Positions 40,243-48,403 of a DNA stretch of 64,000 nucleotides are shown here, in pieces. How positions within the stretch are numbered: position 1 is the stretch's first letter; the number at the start of each line of letters is the position of its first letter. The stretch comes from Candidatus Zixiibacteriota bacterium (GTDB lineage Bacteria > Zixibacteria > MSB-5A5 > UBA10806 > 4484-95). The position numbers were made by a program, and so were the translations under genes. The DNA lies in the NCBI GenBank assembly GCA_037441845.1, contig JBBIRK010000004.1, forward strand, positions 191,074-255,073, in the 5' to 3' direction. Below the pieces are notes generated by a model. That model made no database searches. It was not told where the DNA came from and was given only the letters and a program-made list of their open reading frames with translations.

Positions 40243-41177
40243 ATTGCCGTGAATTTGAAATGGAACTCTGGAATGCGCCCCGAAATATATCATCGGACAT
40301 GCAAAACCACCTCGAAAGTTGCCCGGTCTGCAGGCGGACTCTCGATAATTACGGCAAATTGATAGGTCTCGCTCGATCCGCGGAATTCGCCGGAGACGAT
40401 GCTTACTGGGACAAGTTCGAAAGCGAAGTATGGAACAGAATCGATAGCGACATTAAACATGTGTCAAGATCATTTTCATCGACGCGCGAAATTAGCGTTG
40501 GATGGAAACAGGCTTTATTTACTTCGACGGCAGCGGCGGCGGCGGTGGTTTTTCTGATGCTGGCGGTAATTCAAACCGGAAAATTCGAATACTCTACAGT
40601 AAAGGACAACGACCAGCGAACTTACGAAGTAACCTTGAAAAAGGCAGCACCGATGGAGTTCCAGGTTTATTCGATTATTCCGGAACCTGTGGTTACGAAA
40701 ACAACGGATAACACGGAGGTCAAGATCGAAGCCGTCCTGCTGACAGACAGCGGTTTGGAGGATAAGGGTATTCAACCAATTCAGGAAACGCCGCTTAGAC
40801 AATTCGCAGGCGCAAGGCCATCCCGGCTGTCGTTGTCGATCGCTCGGTCTGCGCTTCAGGATTCCGCTCTGGAGGAGAAGGAAGAGCAGGTCGTATTGTT
40901 CGATAGAATGCCCCATGCCAAACGTCTGATAACGCCGGACTATCCATCCTTGGCCTTGAAGTTCAAGAAATCCGCGGAAGTTTGGGTAAAGGCATTGATC
41001 GATGAAAACGGTAAAGTTGCCAATGCCATTATCATTAAAGATTCCGAATCCAATTTTGGATTTGAGCAAGAGGCGTTGAAAGCGGCTTACAAGAATGAGT
41101 TTTCGCCATACGAAATCGGCGGCAGGCCGATGCCGATTTGGGTTGCTTATAAGGTCAAGTTTATCGCCCCCGAATGA
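40239..41177 (+). CDS. zinc-binding anti-sigma factor fused to a TonB C-terminal domain
   Basis: MNC...HLESCPVC (HX3CX2C), single TM helix, PDYPSLA...V.VKALIDENGKV...GFEQEALKA...F. Confidence 0.8.
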   Translation: MNCREFEMELWNAPRNISSDMQNHLESCPVCRRTLDNYGKLIGLARSAEFAGDDAYWDKFESEVWNRIDSDIKHVSRSFSSTREISVGWKQALFTSTAAAAAVVFLMLAVIQTGKFEYSTVKDNDQRTYEVTLKKAAPMEFQVYSIIPEPVVTKTTDNTEVKIEAVLLTDSGLEDKGIQPIQETPLRQFAGARPSRLSLSIARSALQDSALEEKEEQVVLFDRMPHAKRLITPDYPSLALKFKKSAEVWVKALIDENGKVANAIIIKDSESNFGFEQEALKAAYKNEFSPYEIGGRPMPIWVAYKVKFIAPE

Positions 41178-41249
41178 CAGTTCGGCCTATTCTATAAGTG
41201 TCTGTAAGTGGCTGAATTGCAGATCCTGATCGATGGGACCTCATGCTAC

Positions 41250-41283
41250 AAAAAAGCCCCCTGCCTTGATTTGAGCAGGGGGC
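41250..41283 (-). terminator. Rho-independent terminator (minus strand)
   Basis: 9-bp stem GCCCCCTGC/GCAGGGGGC followed by T6 on the minus strand. Confidence 0.85.
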
Positions 41284-41440
41284 CGAAAGCTGTGAGCTGA
41301 CCATGATTATCCTCCGGAGGGGGGTAGAGGACAGATCATCGTGCTCACAGATAATTCTTCACGATTACATTAAGCCCTTTGCCTTGATGGCTACGCTTTT
41401 TTCTTGTTTTGTTTTCCTTTTATTGACACGACACTTGTTT
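41250..41440 (-). ncRNA. candidate small RNA with a C-rich anti-SD loop hairpin
   Basis: promoter TTGCCA-17-TATCTT (41474-41446), long hairpin at 41290-41350, intrinsic terminator, no ORF. Confidence 0.55.
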
Positions 41441-41489
41441 ATCTTAAGATAAGTAAACTCAGCCGATTTGGCAAGAGCCGATTTCTTAC

Positions 41490-41717
41490 TTAAACCTTTT
41501 TGTTATCCTTGGACTTGTCTTGCAGCCACTTGGCTGCGAACGCCCTCTTAAAACGCTCCATACGGCTTCGACTTATTCCAAACGAATCCGTTGTCGCGCA
41601 ATCAATGCCGTTGACGAAAGACTGACGCATCCGATCAAGATGCCTGCGCCTATATTGTCCCGCTCCGGGTTCACCGGCGTCTTTCCCTTCGGTCTTGATC
41701 GATTTTTCCGAACTCAT
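41490..41717 (-). CDS. small hypothetical protein
   Basis: ORF immediately downstream of the M6 protease, same strand, G-rich sequence before MSSEK; no recognisable motif. Confidence 0.4.
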   Translation of the reverse strand: MSSEKSIKTEGKDAGEPGAGQYRRRHLDRMRQSFVNGIDCATTDSFGISRSRMERFKRAFAAKWLQDKSKDNKKV

Positions 41718-41730
41718 AACGCCCCCGATT

Positions 41731-43539
41731 TTATTGCACAAAAGCCATCTTCCGGCAAATTACCCGGTCAGCGCTTCGCAATCTGTAAAAATAAATCCCC
41801 GAACCAGCCGATTTGCCGTCGCCGTTCGACCCATTCCAGAAAAACAGATGTCTGCCGGGTCCGAGAGTGCCGTCGAAAATGTTCTTTACCAAGGAACCTC
41901 GGATATCGATCACGTCGATAGAGATTGGAGCTTCAACAGACATTTGGAGGTCGAACGCTGTAGATGAGTTGAAAGGATTCGGGTAATTCGTGCTCAAGCT
42001 GATTTCGTCCGGCAAGTTTCCGCCTTCATTTATATCCTGGGACGACGTTACCACGATGTCCACCGTCATGGTTGCCCCTGAATTGCTTATATTGTTCAGG
42101 GCCACATTTGTTGCCGATCCCGAATAGGAACCCGAGCCCGGGGCAGTGGATCCCCCGAAAGTACGATTATCGGTGGACCCGGGAAACGGATCCCCAAGAT
42201 CCCCTTGGTCGATACATTTCTCAAGCTCCCATAGATTATCAGCCGGGACTAAAGCCACTTTATAATGAGTGCTCCAACCGCAACCGGGCCACCATTCGTC
42301 GTCGTTATCTGAACTGCTCTCATCGATATGCCAAATGAGCATTCCCGCGCCGGGCAAATAATAATCATATCCGGTATTCTGGCGATTTTCGATAAGGAAA
42401 TACTCATTGCCGATGGTTCCTGAAGTCCAAAGTCTATAGATATCGGTGAAGGTCTCGGCCTGTCGCAGGGTCGCTCCGGTTACATTACTTGAGGGGGTAG
42501 TAGGTGCCACGAAACCGAGCTCGATTTTTGACCAGGCATCCAGATGCGCCGGGCTTGAACCGAGAGTGCCGTTCCAACTTCCGGCGGCCATCAAGCTCCA
42601 CATGCCAACGCCTTCCGACGAATAATCCGTGTCATAAAGATCGGGCAGGCCGAAAACGTGCCCGAGCTCATGGCAATAAACACCGCATGTCATGTCGCCG
42701 GGACTCAGCCAGTATTCGGGCTCCATCGAGTAGGTATAAACATAGACGCCATCGCGCAGGCGCGGCGTGATAGCCCACATATGCGACCAGATGTCGCCGG
42801 AGGATCCGGTCAACTCAGCGCCTCTGCCGGCATGAATCACGATCAACCCGTCCACATAACCGTCGGAATCGTTGTCATATAAAGAAAAGTTCACCTGAGC
42901 GTCAACCAGATCCACCGCATCTTCGACAAGTTTCTGGGCGTTTTGCGGATAACTGCCCAACCCGTTTTGACTATTGGCGTAGTAGGCCAGCGTCTGAGGC
43001 GCCCTTTTCCAGCCAAGCGTCGAGGGCAACGTTACGGTGGCTATCGTGAGCAAATTGTAAGAAACTTCCTTATAATAGTTCGTGACAGTGCCGGTTCTAT
43101 CGACATAAATCAAAGTGTCGAATTTCTCCGCGGCGACTTGGGCGATCTTGTCCGAAAAATCCACCAGTATGGCAAGCATATTGACTGTGCCGGAAATCGC
43201 GGGTTTCGCCATCCCCCCGATTTCGCTACGCATCCTGGGATTGCTCGAAGGCGAATTTACTCCGGCCTTCATCAGTTCAGCCTTGTGTTGAAGGTAATAG
43301 GGGGTAGGCGTTTGGCCGTTTCTAATTCTCTCGATCAGCTCGGGATGTGGCGGCATCGCTTGTGCGTCAGCTACCAGAATTATACCGATAGTGATCCCCA
43401 GCAGCACCGATACCAGAATCAGGGCCACCCGTGGGGCAGGGCGGGATGTGCCCCGCCCCGTTTTTTTCTTGGTTTTTCTCAGGGTGACTATCGCCTTGTT
43501 GGCATCGATTATTCTTTTTTGCTCATCTGTCCTAATCAT
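41731..43539 (-). CDS. M6 family (immune inhibitor A-like) metalloprotease with an FlgD-Ig/T9SS-like C-terminal domain
   Basis: ILVDFSD, DGYVD..IVIHAG, IWSH, HELGHVFGLPDLYD, WSLMAAGSW, EYFLIENR, NYPNPFN, WNG...SGIYFY. Confidence 0.92.
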   Translation of the reverse strand: MIRTDEQKRIIDANKAIVTLRKTKKKTGRGTSRPAPRVALILVSVLLGITIGIILVADAQAMPPHPELIERIRNGQTPTPYYLQHKAELMKAGVNSPSSNPRMRSEIGGMAKPAISGTVNMLAILVDFSDKIAQVAAEKFDTLIYVDRTGTVTNYYKEVSYNLLTIATVTLPSTLGWKRAPQTLAYYANSQNGLGSYPQNAQKLVEDAVDLVDAQVNFSLYDNDSDGYVDGLIVIHAGRGAELTGSSGDIWSHMWAITPRLRDGVYVYTYSMEPEYWLSPGDMTCGVYCHELGHVFGLPDLYDTDYSSEGVGMWSLMAAGSWNGTLGSSPAHLDAWSKIELGFVAPTTPSSNVTGATLRQAETFTDIYRLWTSGTIGNEYFLIENRQNTGYDYYLPGAGMLIWHIDESSSDNDDEWWPGCGWSTHYKVALVPADNLWELEKCIDQGDLGDPFPGSTDNRTFGGSTAPGSGSYSGSATNVALNNISNSGATMTVDIVVTSSQDINEGGNLPDEISLSTNYPNPFNSSTAFDLQMSVEAPISIDVIDIRGSLVKNIFDGTLGPGRHLFFWNGSNGDGKSAGSGIYFYRLRSADRVICRKMAFVQ

Positions 43540-43551
43540 TGTCGGCTCCTT

Positions 43552-44820
43552 CTAAAAGCGCAAACCGATTCCATAGGCGAAAGCCACTCCTTTGCTTGCT
43601 GCCGGAACAAATGACCCACAGCCAGCGATCGCCATATCCATATGCAGCGGACCAAAATGCAAGCCGAGTCCGCCGGAAAGAATCGTTCCCTTGTTGCCGC
43701 CGGTGGCTGCGCCGATCCTGAGCGGCAGAAACCCGATCGGTTTATATTCGAGCCCGCCGGCCACTCTCGGATTGGTGGAATGCGAGTATTTGGATGAGGT
43801 AGCCTGGGACCAGTCGAACGCAAGCGTCAATTTCTTGCCTATCTTGGCGATTCCCAGCTTAAAGTTTGCAGGTAGAGTGGTCGCGAATGGACTGATCGAG
43901 TAAGTTGTATCGCTGGTTTCCGTCAATGAGTCGTCATCTTCGCTGTCAAGAAGTGTCTCGAGGGTCACGGGATCCATATGGAATGTGAATCTCGTTTCTT
44001 CGGTTTCATTATTCCATTTGATTTTCGAATAAAGGTTTTCGAGGCCGGCGGAAATTGTCCAGTTCTTGGCGAAAACCATCGATGCCCCCAAATCGACCGC
44101 TTGACCCGAACCGCCCAGAGCCGACCGCACGACCGCCTGGGCGTCTCCCACAAAACCAGTGTCCGTGGTAAAAACGCCGCCGCTGGCCTCGATAATCTCC
44201 TCATGAGCGAATCCGTAAATATAATGGAATGTCGCACCCACGGCGAATTCGCCGCCTGCCCATTTGAGCAATGGCTGCCCATAGGAGATCGAGGCGTCAC
44301 AATAGGCGATGGCCTCGCCGCGGTTGTTATTCAATGTGACACCCGGTCTTATTTCGTTTCCGAACAGCAACAATTCGAACGGGTCCTTATGAAGCTGAAG
44401 CAACGATTCGCCGCGGCCGCGGAAATTGAACGCCAGACGCCATATCGAGAAATTCAATCCGGCGGCCTCCGCAACGCCGTTCAGCCTCAGGCCCTCGGCC
44501 GGGATTCGATCGAGAATGGCTTGCTTATCGCCATCGTTCCAATAACGGCCGTTGTATTCATTGTAGTCTTTCAAAGAGAAGCTGTTGTTTTTAATTTCCG
44601 CCCCGATGGTAACGAGATCGAGACTGAAATTCCTATTCAGCGAAAGGCCGAGGTTCGCAGGATTGTAAAATCCTGCTTCAAGGCCGTAGGCCAAGGCGGT
44701 ATAAGCGCCACCCATCGCCATCGAGCGCGGATTCGATTGCCCGCCGCCCCAAACAGTTCCGGCGAGAAGTACTGCCAGGGCCAGCCCGCTTAATATCTTT
44801 GTGGTCGTTGAGTATTTCAT
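43552..44820 (-). CDS. outer membrane beta-barrel protein (FadL/PorV/DUF5723-like)
   Basis: signal peptide, RSMAMGGAYTA...YNPANLG N-terminus, GLEY.P..LPLR.G, terminal Phe. Confidence 0.75.
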   Translation of the reverse strand: MKYSTTTKILSGLALAVLLAGTVWGGGQSNPRSMAMGGAYTALAYGLEAGFYNPANLGLSLNRNFSLDLVTIGAEIKNNSFSLKDYNEYNGRYWNDGDKQAILDRIPAEGLRLNGVAEAAGLNFSIWRLAFNFRGRGESLLQLHKDPFELLLFGNEIRPGVTLNNNRGEAIAYCDASISYGQPLLKWAGGEFAVGATFHYIYGFAHEEIIEASGGVFTTDTGFVGDAQAVVRSALGGSGQAVDLGASMVFAKNWTISAGLENLYSKIKWNNETEETRFTFHMDPVTLETLLDSEDDDSLTETSDTTYSISPFATTLPANFKLGIAKIGKKLTLAFDWSQATSSKYSHSTNPRVAGGLEYKPIGFLPLRIGAATGGNKGTILSGGLGLHFGPLHMDMAIAGCGSFVPAASKGVAFAYGIGLRF

Positions 44821-44834
44821 TTTTCATGCTCCTG

Positions 44835-46865
44835 TTACTTATCATCGTCCCAGATATTATCACCGAAGTGGACTTGGACGGCCGCCCGAGCGTTTACCGA
44901 TATGAAATCCGATCCCCGGAAATAGCTTGATCCGCCGGCCGTTGGCAGCAACTGAACGCGCGGCGAGATATAGATCAACGGATTCTCGAAAATCCCGATT
45001 TCCGCCGCCGTCAACGAATCATCGAATATCGATTCTATCGCCACCGTGGCTTGACCCGCGGAATCGGTGGTTGCGCTTTCGAGCGTAAACGGCCCTATGA
45101 CCACGACATCGGAATTATCCATCAACGAACCATCGTTGAGCGCGCTGATATAGAGGCTGACCCGCGCCCCGATCGGCAGACGATTCGCGATTACCGCACG
45201 GACCGCGCCATAGCGAAAAGTCTCATCGAAATCCGGCGTGTCGTCCTGATTGATTTCCGTGGAATCGATATCGAGATCGATTTCAGTGGTATCGGCAAGG
45301 CTGAAAGCCAGGGGGGAAGATATGGTCACTTGGCCATAGAAGAAATCATCGCGCGAAATCGTAACCTCTTCCCGATGGGGATTGAATATGGAATTACCGC
45401 TGACGACGATCCGTGACGGCGCGGGATTCAAGAAATCGAGCAGCTCGGATGACCCGACGTTGAATATGGTGGCTTGCGGCGATGCCGCCGGATTCGCTTT
45501 TCCCTCCGCCGTGCCGCTTATGGCGATCTGCCGTGAAAATGACTCATCCGATATCTGCAGATTAAGATCGATATCGGCGGTGCTGTTGTTATAAACGGTC
45601 AGGCTGAGAGTGGCGTGAGTGAGCTGGGCGTCCTCTATATCACTGGGCACTTCGATATCGGTCTCGATGGAATCGACCGCGATCTCGGTCGGCTCGACGG
45701 TGCCGGTGATCGACCGGAAAATGATATCCGATATACCGGCTTCGATCGAGATCGAATCGGTGGCGTGGATTATCGCTTGTTGCGGGGTCGAGGCCGGTAC
45801 CGTTGCCTGCGCCAAAATCGATATGACCTGTGGAGTATCGATGCTGGAAGGAGTAAGCAGATATCCGTTCAGGTCCACCTGCCGCTGGAACGATGAATTG
45901 CCCTCGATACTTTCATCGATACGAAGAGTTTCGCCGAAAGCGTCGGTGAAATTAGGGAAAATCAGTTCGATTTCCATCGGCAGCTGCGAGCCGTTGGCGA
46001 TCTGCAAATTCAAAAAACCCGAGTCTATGGTGGCTTGCGAAATTACCGAGCCGCCGTCGAGCTCGATATCCTGGCTCAGGTCTTTCGATATCCGCGGAGT
46101 TTCTGCCTGGGCCGCCGATGCTCTTATAGATACCGGGAAGGAACTCGTGGTCGCGAAATTATCCGATCCCCCCGAAATCAAGGTCAGCTGATTTATCGCA
46201 CCGTGAATTGCCAGGGTAAGTTGGTTACTTACGCTGTCTCCGGCCAAATCTATCGTTCGAGTGAGCGATTCGCCTTGGTCTATTCCGTCTTCGAATTCGG
46301 CTGTTCCGAGCGGATTCCCCAGGTCGCCCCGATTGTACAACGTTATTATGAGCGTATCGAGCCGGACCCCCATGTCGTTGTTCACTTCTATCGATATCAT
46401 GCCTTGATCGACCCTGATCCATGTGAATTCGCTGAAATCCGTCAGGTCTTCGTTATGAGTAAAGGTCACGGGAGGTATCCAACCGCCTGCATCGATGATG
46501 CCGAGAGTTGCTTTGCTGAAATTCACCGTTTGGCCGGAAGGCGGGTCGATATCGACATTGCCCAGGGAATCCCGATACGATTGGCTTACGCCTTCGGCTG
46601 TCAGATTATCGCCGATCCTGATGGAATCCAGATCGCGGGTGACTTGAAACGACGGGTTTCCCAAGCTGTCGATCTGGATTAGACTGTCGTCGATTTCCTC
46701 TATTATGTCGCTCATCAGATATGTTTTGGAGACGAGCGGCATCGTCCAGGTCGTTTCCCAGCTCGGCGCCTCCGGCTTCTTGATAGAGCATCCGGAAGCC
46801 AGAAGTATCAAGCCGGCAGCAGCAACTATTGCCGGAATCATGAATTTTTTTTCCGATCGCATCAT
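44835..46865 (-). CDS. large acidic beta-rich lipoprotein, hypothetical
   Basis: lipobox LASGC followed by KPEAPSW; strong AAGGAGG RBS. Confidence 0.75.
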   Translation of the reverse strand: MMRSEKKFMIPAIVAAAGLILLASGCSIKKPEAPSWETTWTMPLVSKTYLMSDIIEEIDDSLIQIDSLGNPSFQVTRDLDSIRIGDNLTAEGVSQSYRDSLGNVDIDPPSGQTVNFSKATLGIIDAGGWIPPVTFTHNEDLTDFSEFTWIRVDQGMISIEVNNDMGVRLDTLIITLYNRGDLGNPLGTAEFEDGIDQGESLTRTIDLAGDSVSNQLTLAIHGAINQLTLISGGSDNFATTSSFPVSIRASAAQAETPRISKDLSQDIELDGGSVISQATIDSGFLNLQIANGSQLPMEIELIFPNFTDAFGETLRIDESIEGNSSFQRQVDLNGYLLTPSSIDTPQVISILAQATVPASTPQQAIIHATDSISIEAGISDIIFRSITGTVEPTEIAVDSIETDIEVPSDIEDAQLTHATLSLTVYNNSTADIDLNLQISDESFSRQIAISGTAEGKANPAASPQATIFNVGSSELLDFLNPAPSRIVVSGNSIFNPHREEVTISRDDFFYGQVTISSPLAFSLADTTEIDLDIDSTEINQDDTPDFDETFRYGAVRAVIANRLPIGARVSLYISALNDGSLMDNSDVVVIGPFTLESATTDSAGQATVAIESIFDDSLTAAEIGIFENPLIYISPRVQLLPTAGGSSYFRGSDFISVNARAAVQVHFGDNIWDDDK

Positions 46866-47085
46866 TCCCCTCCTTAAAAGGTTTCTGATTTAGTCGAGGT
46901 TTATTTCCGAGTTTGTCGAGGGCAACCGTCATGCCCGAGTGCATGACCGGCCTGTTTCAGCCTGTAACATGCAACCGATTATGGGTGAATGAATTGAATT
47001 CCGAGGGTGGCGATCATTACATGGTTTGCCGATGGAAACGGGACATTATATGGGGGGCTTCCCATAATTTCTGGGATTGAGACTA

Positions 47086-47118
47086 TTGACTCGATAAGCA
47101 CTTGATAATAAATTCAAG
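47086..47118 (+). promoter_or_regulatory. promoter of the WYL gene with an overlapping inverted repeat
   Basis: TTGACT-17-TAAATT; CTTGA-N8-TCAAG spans the -10 element. Confidence 0.5.
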
Positions 47119-47119
47119 C

Positions 47120-48037
47120 ATGAAAAAATCGTCTCGCTTGCTCTATGAGTTATCCTTGATTCAATGTTCACCGGGGATAAAGGTTGACAAATTGGCGGAT
47201 AAGTGCGGTGTTTCCAAAAGGACGATTTATCGAGACTTGAATGACATTGCCGCAGCCAATTTCCCCATCTATTACGATCGCGGATATAGAATTCTTAACA
47301 CCGCCGTATTACCGCCGTTGAATCTTTCGCAGGAGGAGATCATCAATATTTGCGCGGTGCTGCAAAACGTTGCGGAGGACAGTGCATTCGGTCCGGTCAT
47401 AAGACGGGTGATTGACAAAATTCGAAGGATCTCTCCCAATTTGGCGCAATCTCAGGGAATCTTTTTCAAACAGGGTTCAACCGATCCTCCGTTCATATCG
47501 AGATATTTCGAGACTATCGAGCGGGCGCAGGCCGAAAACAAGATGATTTCAATCAAATACACTTCGCTCGAGGGCAAAGTGTCAAGGCGAGTGGTGCATC
47601 CCTATGGATTAGTATTCTTGAACCACGGATGGTATCTCATCGGGTTTTGCGAAAACCGCCAGGACGTCCGGACTTTCCGCTTGGCTCGGATCGGAAAGCT
47701 AAGGCTGCTCGACAGTAGATTCGAGAAGCCGGCGGAATTTGTTTTGGACGATTATCTATCGGAGAACTGGCAAGTATTCAGAGGACCTTTGCGCAAATTT
47801 AAAATCAAGTTCACTGGACCCGCAATGACCGCCATTATGACTACGCGCCACCATCGAAGCGAAAAAAAGAAAATGCGAAAAGGTTTCCTGATTTACGAGG
47901 CCGTCGCCCGCGGAGATGAGGATATTATCAATTGGGTGTTGTCTTTCGGCGATAATGCCGAATTGCAGGAGCCTCTCGAGCTGAGGGAAAAATTACTAAC
48001 ACGCCTTAAAGAAACGCTCAAGCTTTATCTCGATTGA
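47120..48037 (+). CDS. WYL-domain transcriptional regulator (wHTH-WYL-WCX; YafY/PafC-like)
   Basis: LADKCGVSKRTIYRDL, R.VHPYGL, WYLIGFC..R..VRTFRLARI, WVLSFG..AE..EP.ELR. Confidence 0.93.
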   Translation: MKKSSRLLYELSLIQCSPGIKVDKLADKCGVSKRTIYRDLNDIAAANFPIYYDRGYRILNTAVLPPLNLSQEEIINICAVLQNVAEDSAFGPVIRRVIDKIRRISPNLAQSQGIFFKQGSTDPPFISRYFETIERAQAENKMISIKYTSLEGKVSRRVVHPYGLVFLNHGWYLIGFCENRQDVRTFRLARIGKLRLLDSRFEKPAEFVLDDYLSENWQVFRGPLRKFKIKFTGPAMTAIMTTRHHRSEKKKMRKGFLIYEAVARGDEDIINWVLSFGDNAELQEPLELREKLLTRLKETLKLYLD

Positions 48038-48191
48038 TTGCTAAGTTGTGATTCCCTTCGACGCCGACCACGCGGCCTAAAAGCCGCGGATTTCCTGATT
48101 TATTGCTTAACTTTTTAGTTCTATATTTCACTTCGAGTGGTTTCTGATGGGTGCGCGTAAATGGTGCAAATGCCGTCGTTCCAGCAATTCC

Positions 48192-48220
48192 TTGACATTT
48201 GTCTTGACTGAGGCTAATTT
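48192..48220 (+). promoter_or_regulatory. sigma70-type promoter for tRNA-Arg/proS
   Basis: TTGACA-17 bp-TAATTT. Confidence 0.6.
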
Positions 48221-48236
48221 TCGAAAAATGAAGTTC

Positions 48237-48309
48237 GCCCCCGTAGCTCAGTTGGATAGAGCAGCGGCCTCCGGAGCCGTGTGCGGCCGTTCAAGTCGGC
48301 CCGGGGGTA
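48237..48309 (+). tRNA. tRNA-Arg(CCG)
   Basis: acceptor GCCCCCG/CGGGGGT, D-arm GCTC/GAGC, anticodon arm GCGGC-CT CCG GA-GCCGT, T-loop TTCAAGT; CCA not encoded. Confidence 0.96.
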
Positions 48310-48403
48310 TGATACCTATTTTGGAAACTTTGCCCAAAAAATATCCGCCCGATTCAGAAATTCCCATTCATTGACGATTTTATACTCAGGAGAACGAAGC
48401 CAA

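Noticed and set aside
41290..41350. hairpin as SRP RNA or 6S RNA
   Set aside because: No GNRA/GGAA tetraloop with the SRP domain IV motif, and no end-to-end pairing with a central bubble.
43978..44793. 271-aa plus-strand ORF
   Set aside because: Antisense to the OM barrel gene with no recognisable features.
48281..48403. N-terminal extension of the proS ORF
   Set aside because: Overlaps tRNA-Arg; the conserved ProS start and AGGAG RBS point to 48404.
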